Positions 38,490 to 46,783 of a DNA stretch of 46,783 bases are shown one piece after another. A model generated the notes under the pieces. The model saw only the letters and a list, made by a program, of their open reading frames with translations, ran no database searches and had not been told where the DNA came from. Location of the stretch: positions 1-46,783 of the forward strand of contig CAXMSN010000004.1 of NCBI GenBank assembly GCA_964196275.1, in the 5' to 3' direction. The DNA is from an uncultured Kiloniellales bacterium. Lineage in GTDB: Bacteria > Actinomycetota > Acidimicrobiia > Spongiisociales > UBA5794. Position 1 is the first letter of the stretch. Every line of letters begins with the position of its first letter. The position numbers and the translations under genes were made by a program.

Positions 38490-38553
38490 GTGAAACGGAG
38501 AGTAGACATTGAGTCGGGCTCAAAGAGGATGGAATCCGCTTGACGACAGGACG

Positions 38554-39843
38554 TCAAGATGCGAAACGAACCTCGTTGATGATCGTCTGGAACGTCTCGT
38601 CCGGCCGCTCCGGCAGGTCGATGAACCACAGCCTCCAAACACCGCCACCCCGCACGGGCAGATGCGCCCTGACCTCCGAGGTCTGCAGCGTGCCGCGAAG
38701 GATGTGCTCCCATCCATCGGGACTGTCAGGGATGCTCTCCGACCATCCGATGAGGTAGGTGGTCTCTGACAGCCCCCGGATGAACATCGTGGAGGGTGTT
38801 CCATCCACGTCGAAGACGAGTCCAACGCCATCCTTGAACTCGCGGATCGGCATGGAGTACGCCTCTGTCCGCCACGACGTAGAGGGATCGCCGTCGATGA
38901 CGTTCGTGACCTCGTCGTTGCTCTCTTTCTCATCTCCGAGGGGGTCGTACACGACAACTTCGTTGACGAGGAGAACTCCGGAATCGTCCAACGCGTCGAC
39001 ATCGATGGGTGTGGTCGGGGTTGGCGATGCCGGACTCGCAGCGACCGGGTAGAGGAAAGGTGAGTCAGGGTCGAAGTCCGCAGCGAGGCCGACAGCCGCT
39101 ATCAGTGAGATGGCTGCAGCGATGAGTCCGAACATGATCAGTGCACGCCATGGCCTGGATGGCTCGTCAGATCCAAGGGGCTCGTAGGTGACAGCGCTGA
39201 GTGCGGCTGCCATGGCCGACGCGTCGAGAGTCCCGGTGATGCCAGCGATGAGCGCTTCATCGACCGAGGGATGTACGCCTTCGAGGACGCTCGAGGGCAT
39301 GATGTCCGTGTCTTCGGTGCCTGTCAGTCCCGCCCGGAGAACCTCGGCAAGTGCCTTGGTATCGGACGCTGCATCGGTCCAACGCCTCTTGCGGCCGAAT
39401 GCAGCGATCTTCGCAGGGTGTGCGGCGGAGAAGTGCACCGCTGAGGTGTCGATCGCGCCGTGCACCGCACCCGTCTCATGGAAACGGGAGAGAGCGAGGC
39501 ACATACCCGCTGCGTTGGGAAGGAACTCTTCGACGGGGAGGCCCTCACCTGCACGCATCCGGTCTGCGAACGTGACACCGCCGTCCCACTCGCTGACGGA
39601 GTACGCGGACGCCGCTGTCTCGCCCGCGGCGAATACCTTCTGGAGATGGAGTTCAGTGAGACCCGCTGCCGCTCGGACGCCGTCGAGGAACGATGTGCGC
39701 CGACCAACGGACGCTTCGGCTGCGAGATAGCGGACGAGAACGGGTCGATCGAGCGACTCGTCCTGTGCGAGCCACTCCTCGATGTCTCCATCACTTCCGA
39801 GACGTATGTTGAGGCGGTACCGCTCGGGTAGGCGAGGAGGCAT
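38554..39843 (-). CDS. Membrane pseudokinase (Ser/Thr kinase fold + TM + extracellular discoidin-like domain)
   Basis: RYRL..RLG, LAQDESLDRPVLVR, YSVSEW; HGAID and AFG replace HRD and DFG; TM segment; DGDPSTSWRTEAY..KDGVGL. Start at ATG 39843. Confidence 0.8.
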   Translation of the reverse strand: MPPRLPERYRLNIRLGSDGDIEEWLAQDESLDRPVLVRYLAAEASVGRRTSFLDGVRAAAGLTELHLQKVFAAGETAASAYSVSEWDGGVTFADRMRAGEGLPVEEFLPNAAGMCLALSRFHETGAVHGAIDTSAVHFSAAHPAKIAAFGRKRRWTDAASDTKALAEVLRAGLTGTEDTDIMPSSVLEGVHPSVDEALIAGITGTLDASAMAAALSAVTYEPLGSDEPSRPWRALIMFGLIAAAISLIAAVGLAADFDPDSPFLYPVAASPASPTPTTPIDVDALDDSGVLLVNEVVVYDPLGDEKESNDEVTNVIDGDPSTSWRTEAYSMPIREFKDGVGLVFDVDGTPSTMFIRGLSETTYLIGWSESIPDSPDGWEHILRGTLQTSEVRAHLPVRGGGVWRLWFIDLPERPDETFQTIINEVRFAS

Positions 39844-39856
39844 CAGTGACAGGGCA

Positions 39857-40591
39857 CTAGCTGATCCTGAGAACTGCCAGCGACTCTGGGAGAAGTACGA
39901 ACCCCTCGGACTCGTAGAGGGTGGTCGCTCCGCTGTTCTCACTCTGCGTATTGAGGAGCAGCGCCTTGGAACCGGCGCGCTTCGCACCCCTTGCCGCGGC
40001 TCGGATGAGGCTGCGCCCCATGCCCTGACCCTGCCAATCCGGGTGGACCGCGACACGTTGCAGATACGAGATGGCATGCCCATAGCCGACCACCGCATAG
40101 CCAGTGAAGCCCTCCGCACCATCGTTGATGACGAAGAGACTCGATCGTGCAGTGGCCTGTGTTGCCTCATGCAGTGCGTTGTAGTCGAACCGCCAGAAGG
40201 GTTCGAACGCGGCACGGTCGATCTCGAGTAACGCCTCAAGGTCGACGTCGGCATCCCTGACAACGAGGTGATCGGGTGCTGGAAGGCTCGCCTCGAGCGA
40301 CCTGCGCATCAACGAGAGGTCGAGGTGGGGTGTGAACCCAGCGGCCTCCCACGGGCCCCTTGCCGATGCGGCCAGAGGGGTTGACAGAACAGACGGAGCA
40401 CCCAGATCCATCATCCGCCGAGCGCAATCGGCGAGGAAGGTCGCGCCACCTCTCACCATTCTGAGATGGGCGTCGAGGTAGCTGTCGTTCCACGGACGGG
40501 CCTCAGCGCGGGACCACCCGCGTCGTAGCGACACGGTCCCTGGCCAGGTCCCTCTTTGGAATACGCGATGTGATGTGTCCGTGAGTGCCAT
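39857..40591 (-). CDS. GNAT family N-acetyltransferase (degenerate N-terminal + RimI-like C-terminal domain)
   Basis: LQRVAVHPDWQGQGMGRSL, LNTQSEN..A..LYESEGF. ATG 40591 after GGGGAG. Confidence 0.88.
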   Translation of the reverse strand: MALTDTSHRVFQRGTWPGTVSLRRGWSRAEARPWNDSYLDAHLRMVRGGATFLADCARRMMDLGAPSVLSTPLAASARGPWEAAGFTPHLDLSLMRRSLEASLPAPDHLVVRDADVDLEALLEIDRAAFEPFWRFDYNALHEATQATARSSLFVINDGAEGFTGYAVVGYGHAISYLQRVAVHPDWQGQGMGRSLIRAAARGAKRAGSKALLLNTQSENSGATTLYESEGFVLLPESLAVLRIS

Positions 40592-40669
40592 CGACTCCCC
40601 ATAGGCTTGGCACGACTTCCGTAGGCTACTCCCGATCGAGAGTGCCGCAGCACATGGCAGAATCAAGGG

Positions 40670-41680
40670 ATGTCGGTCCACCTCATCACGCACGACTTCA
40701 GTCTGCAGCACCGCACTCCCGTCGGCCATCCCGAGAGAGTCGAGCGCGTTACCTCGGTGATAGAGGCTGTGAAGGCGTCAACTCACGACGTGGTCGAATG
40801 GGATGCGCCCGAGGTCGACATGGCACTTCTCGAGACGATCCATGACCGGTCGTACATAGATCACATCCAGGCGTTCTGCCTCGGTGGTGGAGGTGCGCTG
40901 GATCCTGACACCCATGTTGTCCCCGCGTCATGGCACGCCGCACTCCACGCCGCCGGGGCCGGCCCATTTGCAGCAGATCTTCTTCGCAAGCGGTCGGGGA
41001 CCGCCTTCGTGGCGGTGAGGCCTCCCGGACATCATGCCGAGCGCCACCAGGCGATGGGCTTCTGCCTCTTCAACAACATCGCGGTGACTGCGTCGTATCT
41101 CTTGGAGATGGGTGACAAGGTCGCCATCGTCGATTGGGACGTCCACCATGGCAACGGAACCCAACACTCGTTCTATCCGAACGAAGACCTGCTGTACGTG
41201 TCGCTTCACGAATTCCCGTTCTATCCCGGGACAGGGTGGGTCACCGAGGTTGGCGAAGGTGTGGGCAGGGGTGCCACGGTCAACATCCCACTCCCGGGCG
41301 GCACCGCGGCGTCCTCGTATCTGGCCGCGTTCAGTCGACTTGTGATACCTGTGCTCGGCGAGTTCCGGCCAGACTGGATTCTCGTGAGCAACGGGTATGA
41401 CGCCCACGTTCGTGACCCACTCGGTGGACTCAATCTCGAGTCCGACCACTATGGATGGATGGCGAACGCCCTCGTGTCTGTGGTTCCGAGCAACAGGGTC
41501 ATCGCGTTCCTCGAAGGGGGATACGACCTCGGGGCCCTTGGAGAAGCTTCCGTCGCGACGATCGATGGGTTGACAGGCCGAATCGCCGATCCTGTATGGC
41601 CTACAGAGGTTCAAGGGTCCGCTGCCAAGGTCGTAGATCTTGCTGTTGAGGAGATCGGGAGACACTGGAAGATTCGTTAA
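40670..41680 (+). CDS. Zn-dependent histone deacetylase family protein
   Basis: HPERVER, RPPGHHA, GFCLFNN, DWDVHHGNGT, GYDAH..DPLG, LEGGY. Confidence 0.95.
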   Translation: MSVHLITHDFSLQHRTPVGHPERVERVTSVIEAVKASTHDVVEWDAPEVDMALLETIHDRSYIDHIQAFCLGGGGALDPDTHVVPASWHAALHAAGAGPFAADLLRKRSGTAFVAVRPPGHHAERHQAMGFCLFNNIAVTASYLLEMGDKVAIVDWDVHHGNGTQHSFYPNEDLLYVSLHEFPFYPGTGWVTEVGEGVGRGATVNIPLPGGTAASSYLAAFSRLVIPVLGEFRPDWILVSNGYDAHVRDPLGGLNLESDHYGWMANALVSVVPSNRVIAFLEGGYDLGALGEASVATIDGLTGRIADPVWPTEVQGSAAKVVDLAVEEIGRHWKIR

Positions 41681-41741
41681 GCAGACTTCGGAGTCAGCCG
41701 ATAACGCGTTGTGGGCATCACGACGTTGGAAGGCTACAAAC

Positions 41742-42821
41742 ATGACGACACCGAGTCTTGACGAACTTCTTGAGAAGTTGGTCTCTTCGGGAGCAACGGA
41801 CCTTCATCTGAAGGTCGGATCTCCTCCGGCATACCGGATCAACGGAGAGGTACACACGGCCGAACTCGCTCCCCTTACCGCCGAACAGACCGAGGCACTG
41901 CTCCGTCCGCAATTGCCGGACCATGTCTCGATGCCGAGTCCGGGAAACGACGTGGACTTCGCATGGGGTACGACGGAACTCGGACGGTTCAAGGTCTCCA
42001 GTTACACACAGCGTGGATCCATCAGCGTCGTGATCCGCCGCGTGCCCTCAGAGAGCAAGACGCTCACTGACCTGGGACTCCCTTCGACGATCACGAAACT
42101 CTGTGATGAACGAAGCGGGCTCATCGTGATATCGGGTCCCGTGGGCTCAGGGAAGAGAACCACGTGCGCCGCCATCATCGATCACATCAATACCAATCGT
42201 CGTGCGAACATCATCACGCTCGAGGATCCCATCGGTGTGCTGCACAAGGACAAACGCTCCATCATCAGCCAGCGCGAGGTTGGCGTCGACATCGAGTCGA
42301 TGGGGGCTGGAATCGCCTCAGCCGTTCGACAAGATCCAGACGTCATCTATCTCGGGGAACTGAAGGACCGCGAGACGATTGAAGGAGCACTCACGGCTGC
42401 CGAGAACGGTTATCTCGTACTCAGCACGATGTACACGACGGACGCATGTGAGACCGTGTATCGGATGCTCGATTCGTTCCCCGCATACCTCGAACGCAGG
42501 GTGCGCCAGATGCTCTCGTCTTCGCTGACAGCGATCGTGTCCCAGAGGTTGCTGCCAAGCAACGACGGGCCGGGCCTCACGGCCGCCGTCGAGATCCTGC
42601 TCAACACCGAAGGCGTTCATGAGCGCCTGTCAGGTGAGAAAGACATCGAAACGCTGTACGAAGCCGTCGCTGAGGGTGGGTTCTTCGGGATGCAGACGCT
42701 GGACCAAGCGATGGTGGCGAAGTACGAGGCCGGAGAGGTCTCGTTCTCAGATGCCCTCTTGCATGTCGCTTCGCCACGTGAGTTCAAGCTCGCTACAGGG
42801 GAGATCGCTGCAGCCGTCTAG
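41742..42821 (+). CDS. PilT/PilU-family ATPase-like protein with degenerate motifs
   Basis: ATDLHLKVGSPP, GPVGSGK, QREVG, RQDPDVIYLGE, SQRL, GMQTLDQ. ATG 41742. Confidence 0.88.
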   Translation: MTTPSLDELLEKLVSSGATDLHLKVGSPPAYRINGEVHTAELAPLTAEQTEALLRPQLPDHVSMPSPGNDVDFAWGTTELGRFKVSSYTQRGSISVVIRRVPSESKTLTDLGLPSTITKLCDERSGLIVISGPVGSGKRTTCAAIIDHINTNRRANIITLEDPIGVLHKDKRSIISQREVGVDIESMGAGIASAVRQDPDVIYLGELKDRETIEGALTAAENGYLVLSTMYTTDACETVYRMLDSFPAYLERRVRQMLSSSLTAIVSQRLLPSNDGPGLTAAVEILLNTEGVHERLSGEKDIETLYEAVAEGGFFGMQTLDQAMVAKYEAGEVSFSDALLHVASPREFKLATGEIAAAV

Positions 42822-42865
42822 CCAACGCAGCAGCAGCGGTCTAGCCAACGCAGCAGCAGCGGTCT
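42816..42865 (+). repeat. Exact 23 bp tandem duplication covering the pilT stop
   Basis: GTCTAGCCAACGCAGCAGCAGCG twice (42816-42838 and 42839-42861), followed by GTCT. Confidence 0.9.
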
Positions 42866-42900
42866 GTCCGATCGGACAGCACGGGCTCTACGCTTCACGG

Positions 42901-43500
42901 ATGCCGAGCTTCACCTGTCGCGATTGTGGCGCATCCTTCTCACTGTCCCAGACGGTGCTTGATCGCTATCCGGGATGGACTCCGTCCCAGTGCATGGATT
43001 GCCGACCGGCGGCCAAAAAGCAGAAGGCCAATTCGAGCGAAGCGAACGGCGTTGGACACAAAGATCCGACCTCAGGCGTGTTCACCGACGGGAGCGCCGT
43101 CCCGAATCCGGGCGAAGGTGGGTGGGGGGCTGTGTACGTCCTCGAAGGCAGCGTGGTTGGAGAAGCGAGCGGATACGGCGGCGAGACGACGAACAACCGG
43201 ATGGAATTCACCGCCCTTATCGAGGCGGCCGATCTGGTTCCCGCTGGCACCGAGACGACGGTGTACTCGGACTCGAAACTGGCAGTCCAGACGATCAACG
43301 AGTGGGCAGAGGGCTGGAAGCGCAGGGGCTGGAAGCGAAAGAGTGGCGCTGTCGAGAACCTAGATCTCGTCAAGGCAGCGTACGAGAAGTACCGGTTGCG
43401 CCCCGATCTCACGCTCGTGTGGATCAAGGCGCATGTCGGGTACACATGGAACGAGTACGCGGACGAACTTGCGAACAAGGCAAGGGCAGAAGGCCCATGA
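42901..43500 (+). CDS. rnhA: Ribonuclease HI with an N-terminal Zn-ribbon
   Basis: FTDGS..NPG.GGWG, TTNNRME, SDSK, WIKAHVG..WNEYADELA; N-terminal CRDC-x21-CMDC. TACGCT 6 nt upstream of ATG 42901. Confidence 0.9.
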   Translation: MPSFTCRDCGASFSLSQTVLDRYPGWTPSQCMDCRPAAKKQKANSSEANGVGHKDPTSGVFTDGSAVPNPGEGGWGAVYVLEGSVVGEASGYGGETTNNRMEFTALIEAADLVPAGTETTVYSDSKLAVQTINEWAEGWKRRGWKRKSGAVENLDLVKAAYEKYRLRPDLTLVWIKAHVGYTWNEYADELANKARAEGP

Positions 43501-44903
43501 TCCCAGAAAGACTCCAAGCAGTTCTTGATGATGAGGTGCGTTCGTTGGCGGCTGCATTCGATCAGGCCGGCCATCCGCTGTATCTCGTTGGCGGATCGGT
43601 CAGGGATGCCATGCTCGACCGCACCCTGCCTGAGGGCATGAACGCCGATCGTGACTTCACGACTTCCGCGATGCCTGACGAGATCGAACGGATCGGCGCC
43701 GAGTGGGCCTCGTCGGTGTTCCTGGCAGGTAAGGACTTCGGGACGATTGGCCTCGTGCGAAATGGTCAGACGTACGAGGTGACGACGTATCGGTCCGAGA
43801 TGTACCGCGACGAATCACGGAAGCCATCGGTCACGTTCGGCTCCAGCCTGAGCGAGGACCTCTCCCGCCGTGACTTCACAGTGAACGCCATGGCGCTGCG
43901 GGTTCCTGTCGGCGGGGAGGACGCGCCAGAGATGGTGGATCCCTACGGAGGGCTGGAAGATCTCATTGCAGGGGTGCTGCGCACACCTCTGGCCCCCGAG
44001 ACCCTGTTCGCCGACGACCCTCTTCGGATGCTGCGACTGTTCCGGTTCGTGTCGACCCTCGGTTTCACGCCTGACGAGGCCGCACTTGATGCCGTGGAGC
44101 AGATGCGGGGAAGATTGTCGATCATCTCGGCTGAGCGCATTCGCGCCGAATTCGACAAGTTGATGATCGGTGACAATGTCACCGTCGCTCTTGAGTTGCT
44201 CGTAGGAAGTGGGCTTGCGTCGGAGTTCATCCCTGAGATCCCGGCGCTGGCCGTTGAACAGGATCCCGTTCACCAACACAAGGATGTCCTTGCGCACACG
44301 ATCGCTGTTGTGGGAAAGACCGAGCCCAGACTCAGGCTTCGACTGGCTGCCCTGTTCCACGACATCGGCAAACCGGATACCCGCTCGTTCGCGAAAGGTG
44401 GTGTCTCGTTCCATCACCACGAGGTTGTTGGCGCCAGGATGACCCGCCGACGGATGAAGGAACTTCGGTACTCCAACGACATGATCGAAGAGACGGCGAA
44501 CCTGGTCTTCCTTCACATGAGGCCACACACCTTCAAGATGGGTTGGACCGACTCCGCTGTCCGCCGGTACGTGAGGGATGCAGGGCCACTCCTTGAAGAT
44601 CTGAACGAGCTCGTCCGAAGCGATGTCACCACGCGTAATGCCAGAAGGGCCCGAACCATCTCTCGGCGGATAGACGAGCTCGAAGAGCGGATCGAGGAAC
44701 TCCGTGAACGCGAAGAGCTTGATGCGCTGCGTCCACCCATCGACGGGAACGACATCATGAAGTACCTCGACATCAAGCCATCGAGAGCGGTCGGGGACAT
44801 CATGGACATGCTGCTTGAGAGGCGGATCGAAGAAGGTCCGTATACGCCCGAGGACGCCTACGAACTCCTTGATGAGTGGAGGGAAGCCAATCCCTCTGTT
44901 TGA
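43497..44903 (+). CDS. cca: CCA tRNA nucleotidyltransferase with HD domain
   Basis: LVGGSVRD, DRDFTT, EDLSRRDFTVNA, DDPLRMLR, HQHKDV..H, HDIGKP; ATGA overlap with rnhA. Confidence 0.92.
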   Translation: MIPERLQAVLDDEVRSLAAAFDQAGHPLYLVGGSVRDAMLDRTLPEGMNADRDFTTSAMPDEIERIGAEWASSVFLAGKDFGTIGLVRNGQTYEVTTYRSEMYRDESRKPSVTFGSSLSEDLSRRDFTVNAMALRVPVGGEDAPEMVDPYGGLEDLIAGVLRTPLAPETLFADDPLRMLRLFRFVSTLGFTPDEAALDAVEQMRGRLSIISAERIRAEFDKLMIGDNVTVALELLVGSGLASEFIPEIPALAVEQDPVHQHKDVLAHTIAVVGKTEPRLRLRLAALFHDIGKPDTRSFAKGGVSFHHHEVVGARMTRRRMKELRYSNDMIEETANLVFLHMRPHTFKMGWTDSAVRRYVRDAGPLLEDLNELVRSDVTTRNARRARTISRRIDELEERIEELREREELDALRPPIDGNDIMKYLDIKPSRAVGDIMDMLLERRIEEGPYTPEDAYELLDEWREANPSV

Positions 44904-44916
44904 GCGCCAAGGAACG

Positions 44917-44954
44917 CGTGCATAAAAGCCCGCATATGCGTATACTCATCGATT
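44917..44954 (+). promoter_or_regulatory. Candidate tandem ARG boxes/promoter of the arg operon
   Basis: CGTGCATAAAAGCCCGCA-TA-TGCGTATACTCATCGATT: two degenerate TGCATA-type 18-mers 2 nt apart, overlapping TATACT, directly before argC. Confidence 0.4.
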
Positions 44955-44973
44955 CGCGACGTTGAGAAGATGG

Positions 44974-46002
44974 ATGAAGACCGCAGCAATACTGGGTGCC
45001 TCCGGGTACGGGGGAGGCGAACTGATCAGGTTCCTCGATGCCCACGCCGAGTTCGAGGTGGCGTTTCTCGGAGCCCACACCAAGGCGGGCCTCGCTCTCT
45101 CGGAGGTGCATCCGCAACTCACCGGTGGTAATCGGACGCTCGAGCGCTTCGACCCGACCGCCATCGATGGAATCGATGTTGCCTTTCTTGCCTTGCCCCA
45201 TGGGTCATCTGCCGAACCTGCGATGGAGTTGCTTGCACAAGGTGTGACCGTCATCGATCTGGGCAGCGATTTCAGACTCGACTCACCCGAGCGCTACACA
45301 CAGGCGTACGGCTCAGATCATCCCTTCCCGGATGAACTCGGCCGATGGGCGTACGGGATACCGGAACTGTTCAGGGACCAGATAGCGTCATCGGATCGTG
45401 TTGCCGCACCTGGCTGCTTCCCCACATCTGCGGTTCTCCCCGTGTCTCCGCTCGTCGCCGCGGGCCTTGTGTCCTCGTCCGGGATCATCGTCGACTCGAT
45501 GACCGGAGTGTCGGGCGCTGGCCGAGGCGCATCAGAGGGCCTCTCGTTCGGGGCCATCGACGAGTCGGTCAAGGCGTACAAGATTCTGTCGCACAGACAT
45601 CAGCCAGAGATGGAACAGGCGCTTGGTGCGGTGTCCGGCGGTTCAGTCCAGATCGTGTTCACACCGCACCTCGTGCCGATGCAGAGGGGGATCCTCTCGA
45701 CGATCTACATGCACACGGTCGAGGGGACAACGTCCACCGATATCGAGGAGGCGTTCGACAAGACCTACGGATCGGATCCGTTTGTCCGCCTCATCGACCG
45801 ATCCCCGGAGACGCGGTGGGTCGTGGGATCGAACAACGCCCTGGTTTCTTATCACCTTGACGAGCCGACGGGCACGTTGATCGCCTTGTGTGCCATCGAC
45901 AATCTCGTCAAGGGAGCTGCCGGCCAAGCGGTGCAGTGTGCGAACGTCATGTTCGGGTTCGACGAGACCGCTGGCCTCCCACAGCAAGGGTGGATGCCGT
46001 GA
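44974..46002 (+). CDS. argC: N-acetyl-gamma-glutamyl-phosphate reductase
   Basis: GASGYGG, FLALPHG, DLGSDFRL, PGCFPT, GVSGAGR, HRHQPE, DNLVKGAAGQAVQ. Confidence 0.97.
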   Translation: MKTAAILGASGYGGGELIRFLDAHAEFEVAFLGAHTKAGLALSEVHPQLTGGNRTLERFDPTAIDGIDVAFLALPHGSSAEPAMELLAQGVTVIDLGSDFRLDSPERYTQAYGSDHPFPDELGRWAYGIPELFRDQIASSDRVAAPGCFPTSAVLPVSPLVAAGLVSSSGIIVDSMTGVSGAGRGASEGLSFGAIDESVKAYKILSHRHQPEMEQALGAVSGGSVQIVFTPHLVPMQRGILSTIYMHTVEGTTSTDIEEAFDKTYGSDPFVRLIDRSPETRWVVGSNNALVSYHLDEPTGTLIALCAIDNLVKGAAGQAVQCANVMFGFDETAGLPQQGWMP

Positions 46003-46783
46003 GCGTCGTCGCAGCGAAAGGATTCAGCGCCGCAGGAGTCGCTTCCGGCATCAAGGAGAATGGCCTCGACCTGTCGGTGGTCATTGCTGATGTGGGTTGT
46101 GCCGCCGCCGGTGTCTTCACGACCAATCAGGTGTGTGCTGCACCGGTGACCGTGAGCCGCACACATCTCGAAGAAGCGGATGCGGTCCGAGCCGTTGTGA
46201 TCAACTCAGGCTGCGCAAATGCGGCCACCGGTTCGGAGGGGATGAGGAACGCTGAGGCCATGGCATCGATCATGGCCGAGGGGATCGGTTCTACCGGTTC
46301 GGAGGTACTCGTTGCCTCGACGGGCACGATCGGTCCGCAGTTGCCGATGGACATTGTTGCGTCAGGGATCGGGAAGGCGATCGCATCTTCGACCGATGCA
46401 GCCTCAGGCGGTGCGGACGCTGCGGCCGGCATCTTGACGACCGACGGCGTGATCAAGGAAGCGTCCCTCACCACGGACGGCTGGACGGTCGGCGGCATGG
46501 CCAAGGGCTCGGGGATGATCCGGCCGAACATGGCAACGATGATCGCTGTTCTCACCACCGACGCCGATGTTTCCTCTTCGGCCCTTGCAGAGGCTCTCGG
46601 TGCCGCGGCCGATGGTTCGTTCAACTCGCTCAACATCGATGGCTGCGAGTCGACCAATGACACCGCGGTGGTGCTGGCATCAGGCGCCTCGGGCGTAACG
46701 CCGAGCCAGGAGGACCTGACCTCGGCGCTTACGGAAGTGTGCCAATCGCTCGCAATGCAGATGGCGACGGACGCAGAGGGAGC
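45999..46783 (+). CDS. argJ: Ornithine acetyltransferase/N-acetylglutamate synthase ArgJ (partial, runs off the right edge)
   Basis: GTGA overlap with argC. My translation gives KGFSAAGVASGIK, GVFTTN, NSGCANAATG, STGTIG, ILTTD, GMAKGSGMIRPNMATM, STND. Confidence 0.96.
   Translation, partial: MSVVAAKGFSAAGVASGIKENGLDLSVVIADVGCAAAGVFTTNQVCAAPVTVSRTHLEEADAVRAVVINSGCANAATGSEGMRNAEAMASIMAEGIGSTGSEVLVASTGTIGPQLPMDIVASGIGKAIASSTDAASGGADAAAGILTTDGVIKEASLTTDGWTVGGMAKGSGMIRPNMATMIAVLTTDADVSSSALAEALGAAADGSFNSLNIDGCESTNDTAVVLASGASGVTPSQEDLTSALTEVCQSLAMQMATDAEG

Noticed and set aside
38482-38497. Additional parS-like half site (TCGGTCATGTGAAACG); a similar one at the rpmH start
   Set aside because: About five mismatches to the 16 bp consensus; only one half matches.
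39844-40263. Extension of the pseudokinase ORF to 569 aa
   Set aside because: It overlaps the GNAT gene in another frame. Kinase-like sequence starts at MPPRLPERY.
42816-42865. Possible mini-CRISPR
   Set aside because: The two repeats are directly adjacent with no spacer, and there are no cas genes.
42619-42900. Extension of the RNase H ORF upstream of 42901
   Set aside because: It overlaps pilT and the tandem duplication. The leaderless -10 supports ATG 42901.
42975-43496. 174 aa N-terminal extension of the CCA enzyme
   Set aside because: It overlaps rnhA in another frame and is low-complexity Arg-rich. ATG 43497 gives the normal ATGA coupling.
44234-44249. 16 nt match (TGAGATCCCGGCGCTG) to the cobalamin riboswitch core inside cca
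   Set aside because: It encodes ordinary conserved residues (PEIPAL) and lacks the other riboswitch elements; probably chance.

Overview
This high-GC actinobacterial segment (gene content and order suggest class Acidimicrobiia, by inference) spans the replication origin. The core block is DUF3566-gyrA-gyrB-DUF721-recF-dnaN-[oriC]-dnaA, divergent from rpmH-rnpA-yidD-yidC-jag-[2 parS]-rsmG-parA-parB. These converge on cwlM-like-trxA-trxB-membrane protein-anti-sigma-sigM-pseudokinase-GNAT. To the right are an HDAC, a PilT-like protein, a Zn-ribbon RNase HI, the CCA-adding enzyme, argC and a partial argJ. The left 19 kb holds DUF1684, small membrane proteins, an AhpD-like gene interrupted by an in-frame UGA, an MMPL transporter, acs, a CrtI-like FAD oxidoreductase, an AI-2E transporter, gabD, a VIT1 transporter, a cobalamin-riboswitch-controlled btuFCD-cobO operon, a methyltransferase and a thioredoxin-NHL lipoprotein operon. 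The strongest signal is a probable selenoprotein: two ORFs in the track join through C-F-Y-UGA (CxxU), with a SECIS-like hairpin just downstream. Other notable items are a REP/REPIN-like palindromic doublet found twice (once between the parS sites), an aberrant GyrA quinolone-resistance region, a catalytically degenerate PilT, a Zn-ribbon/RNase HI fusion, a divergent GNAT/HDAC pair attached to the pseudokinase-sigM cluster, two small ORFs missing from the track, a probable CTG start for rnpA, and many leaderless genes. I saw no tRNA, rRNA, CRISPR array or transposase. All calls come from reading motifs by eye; no database search was run.
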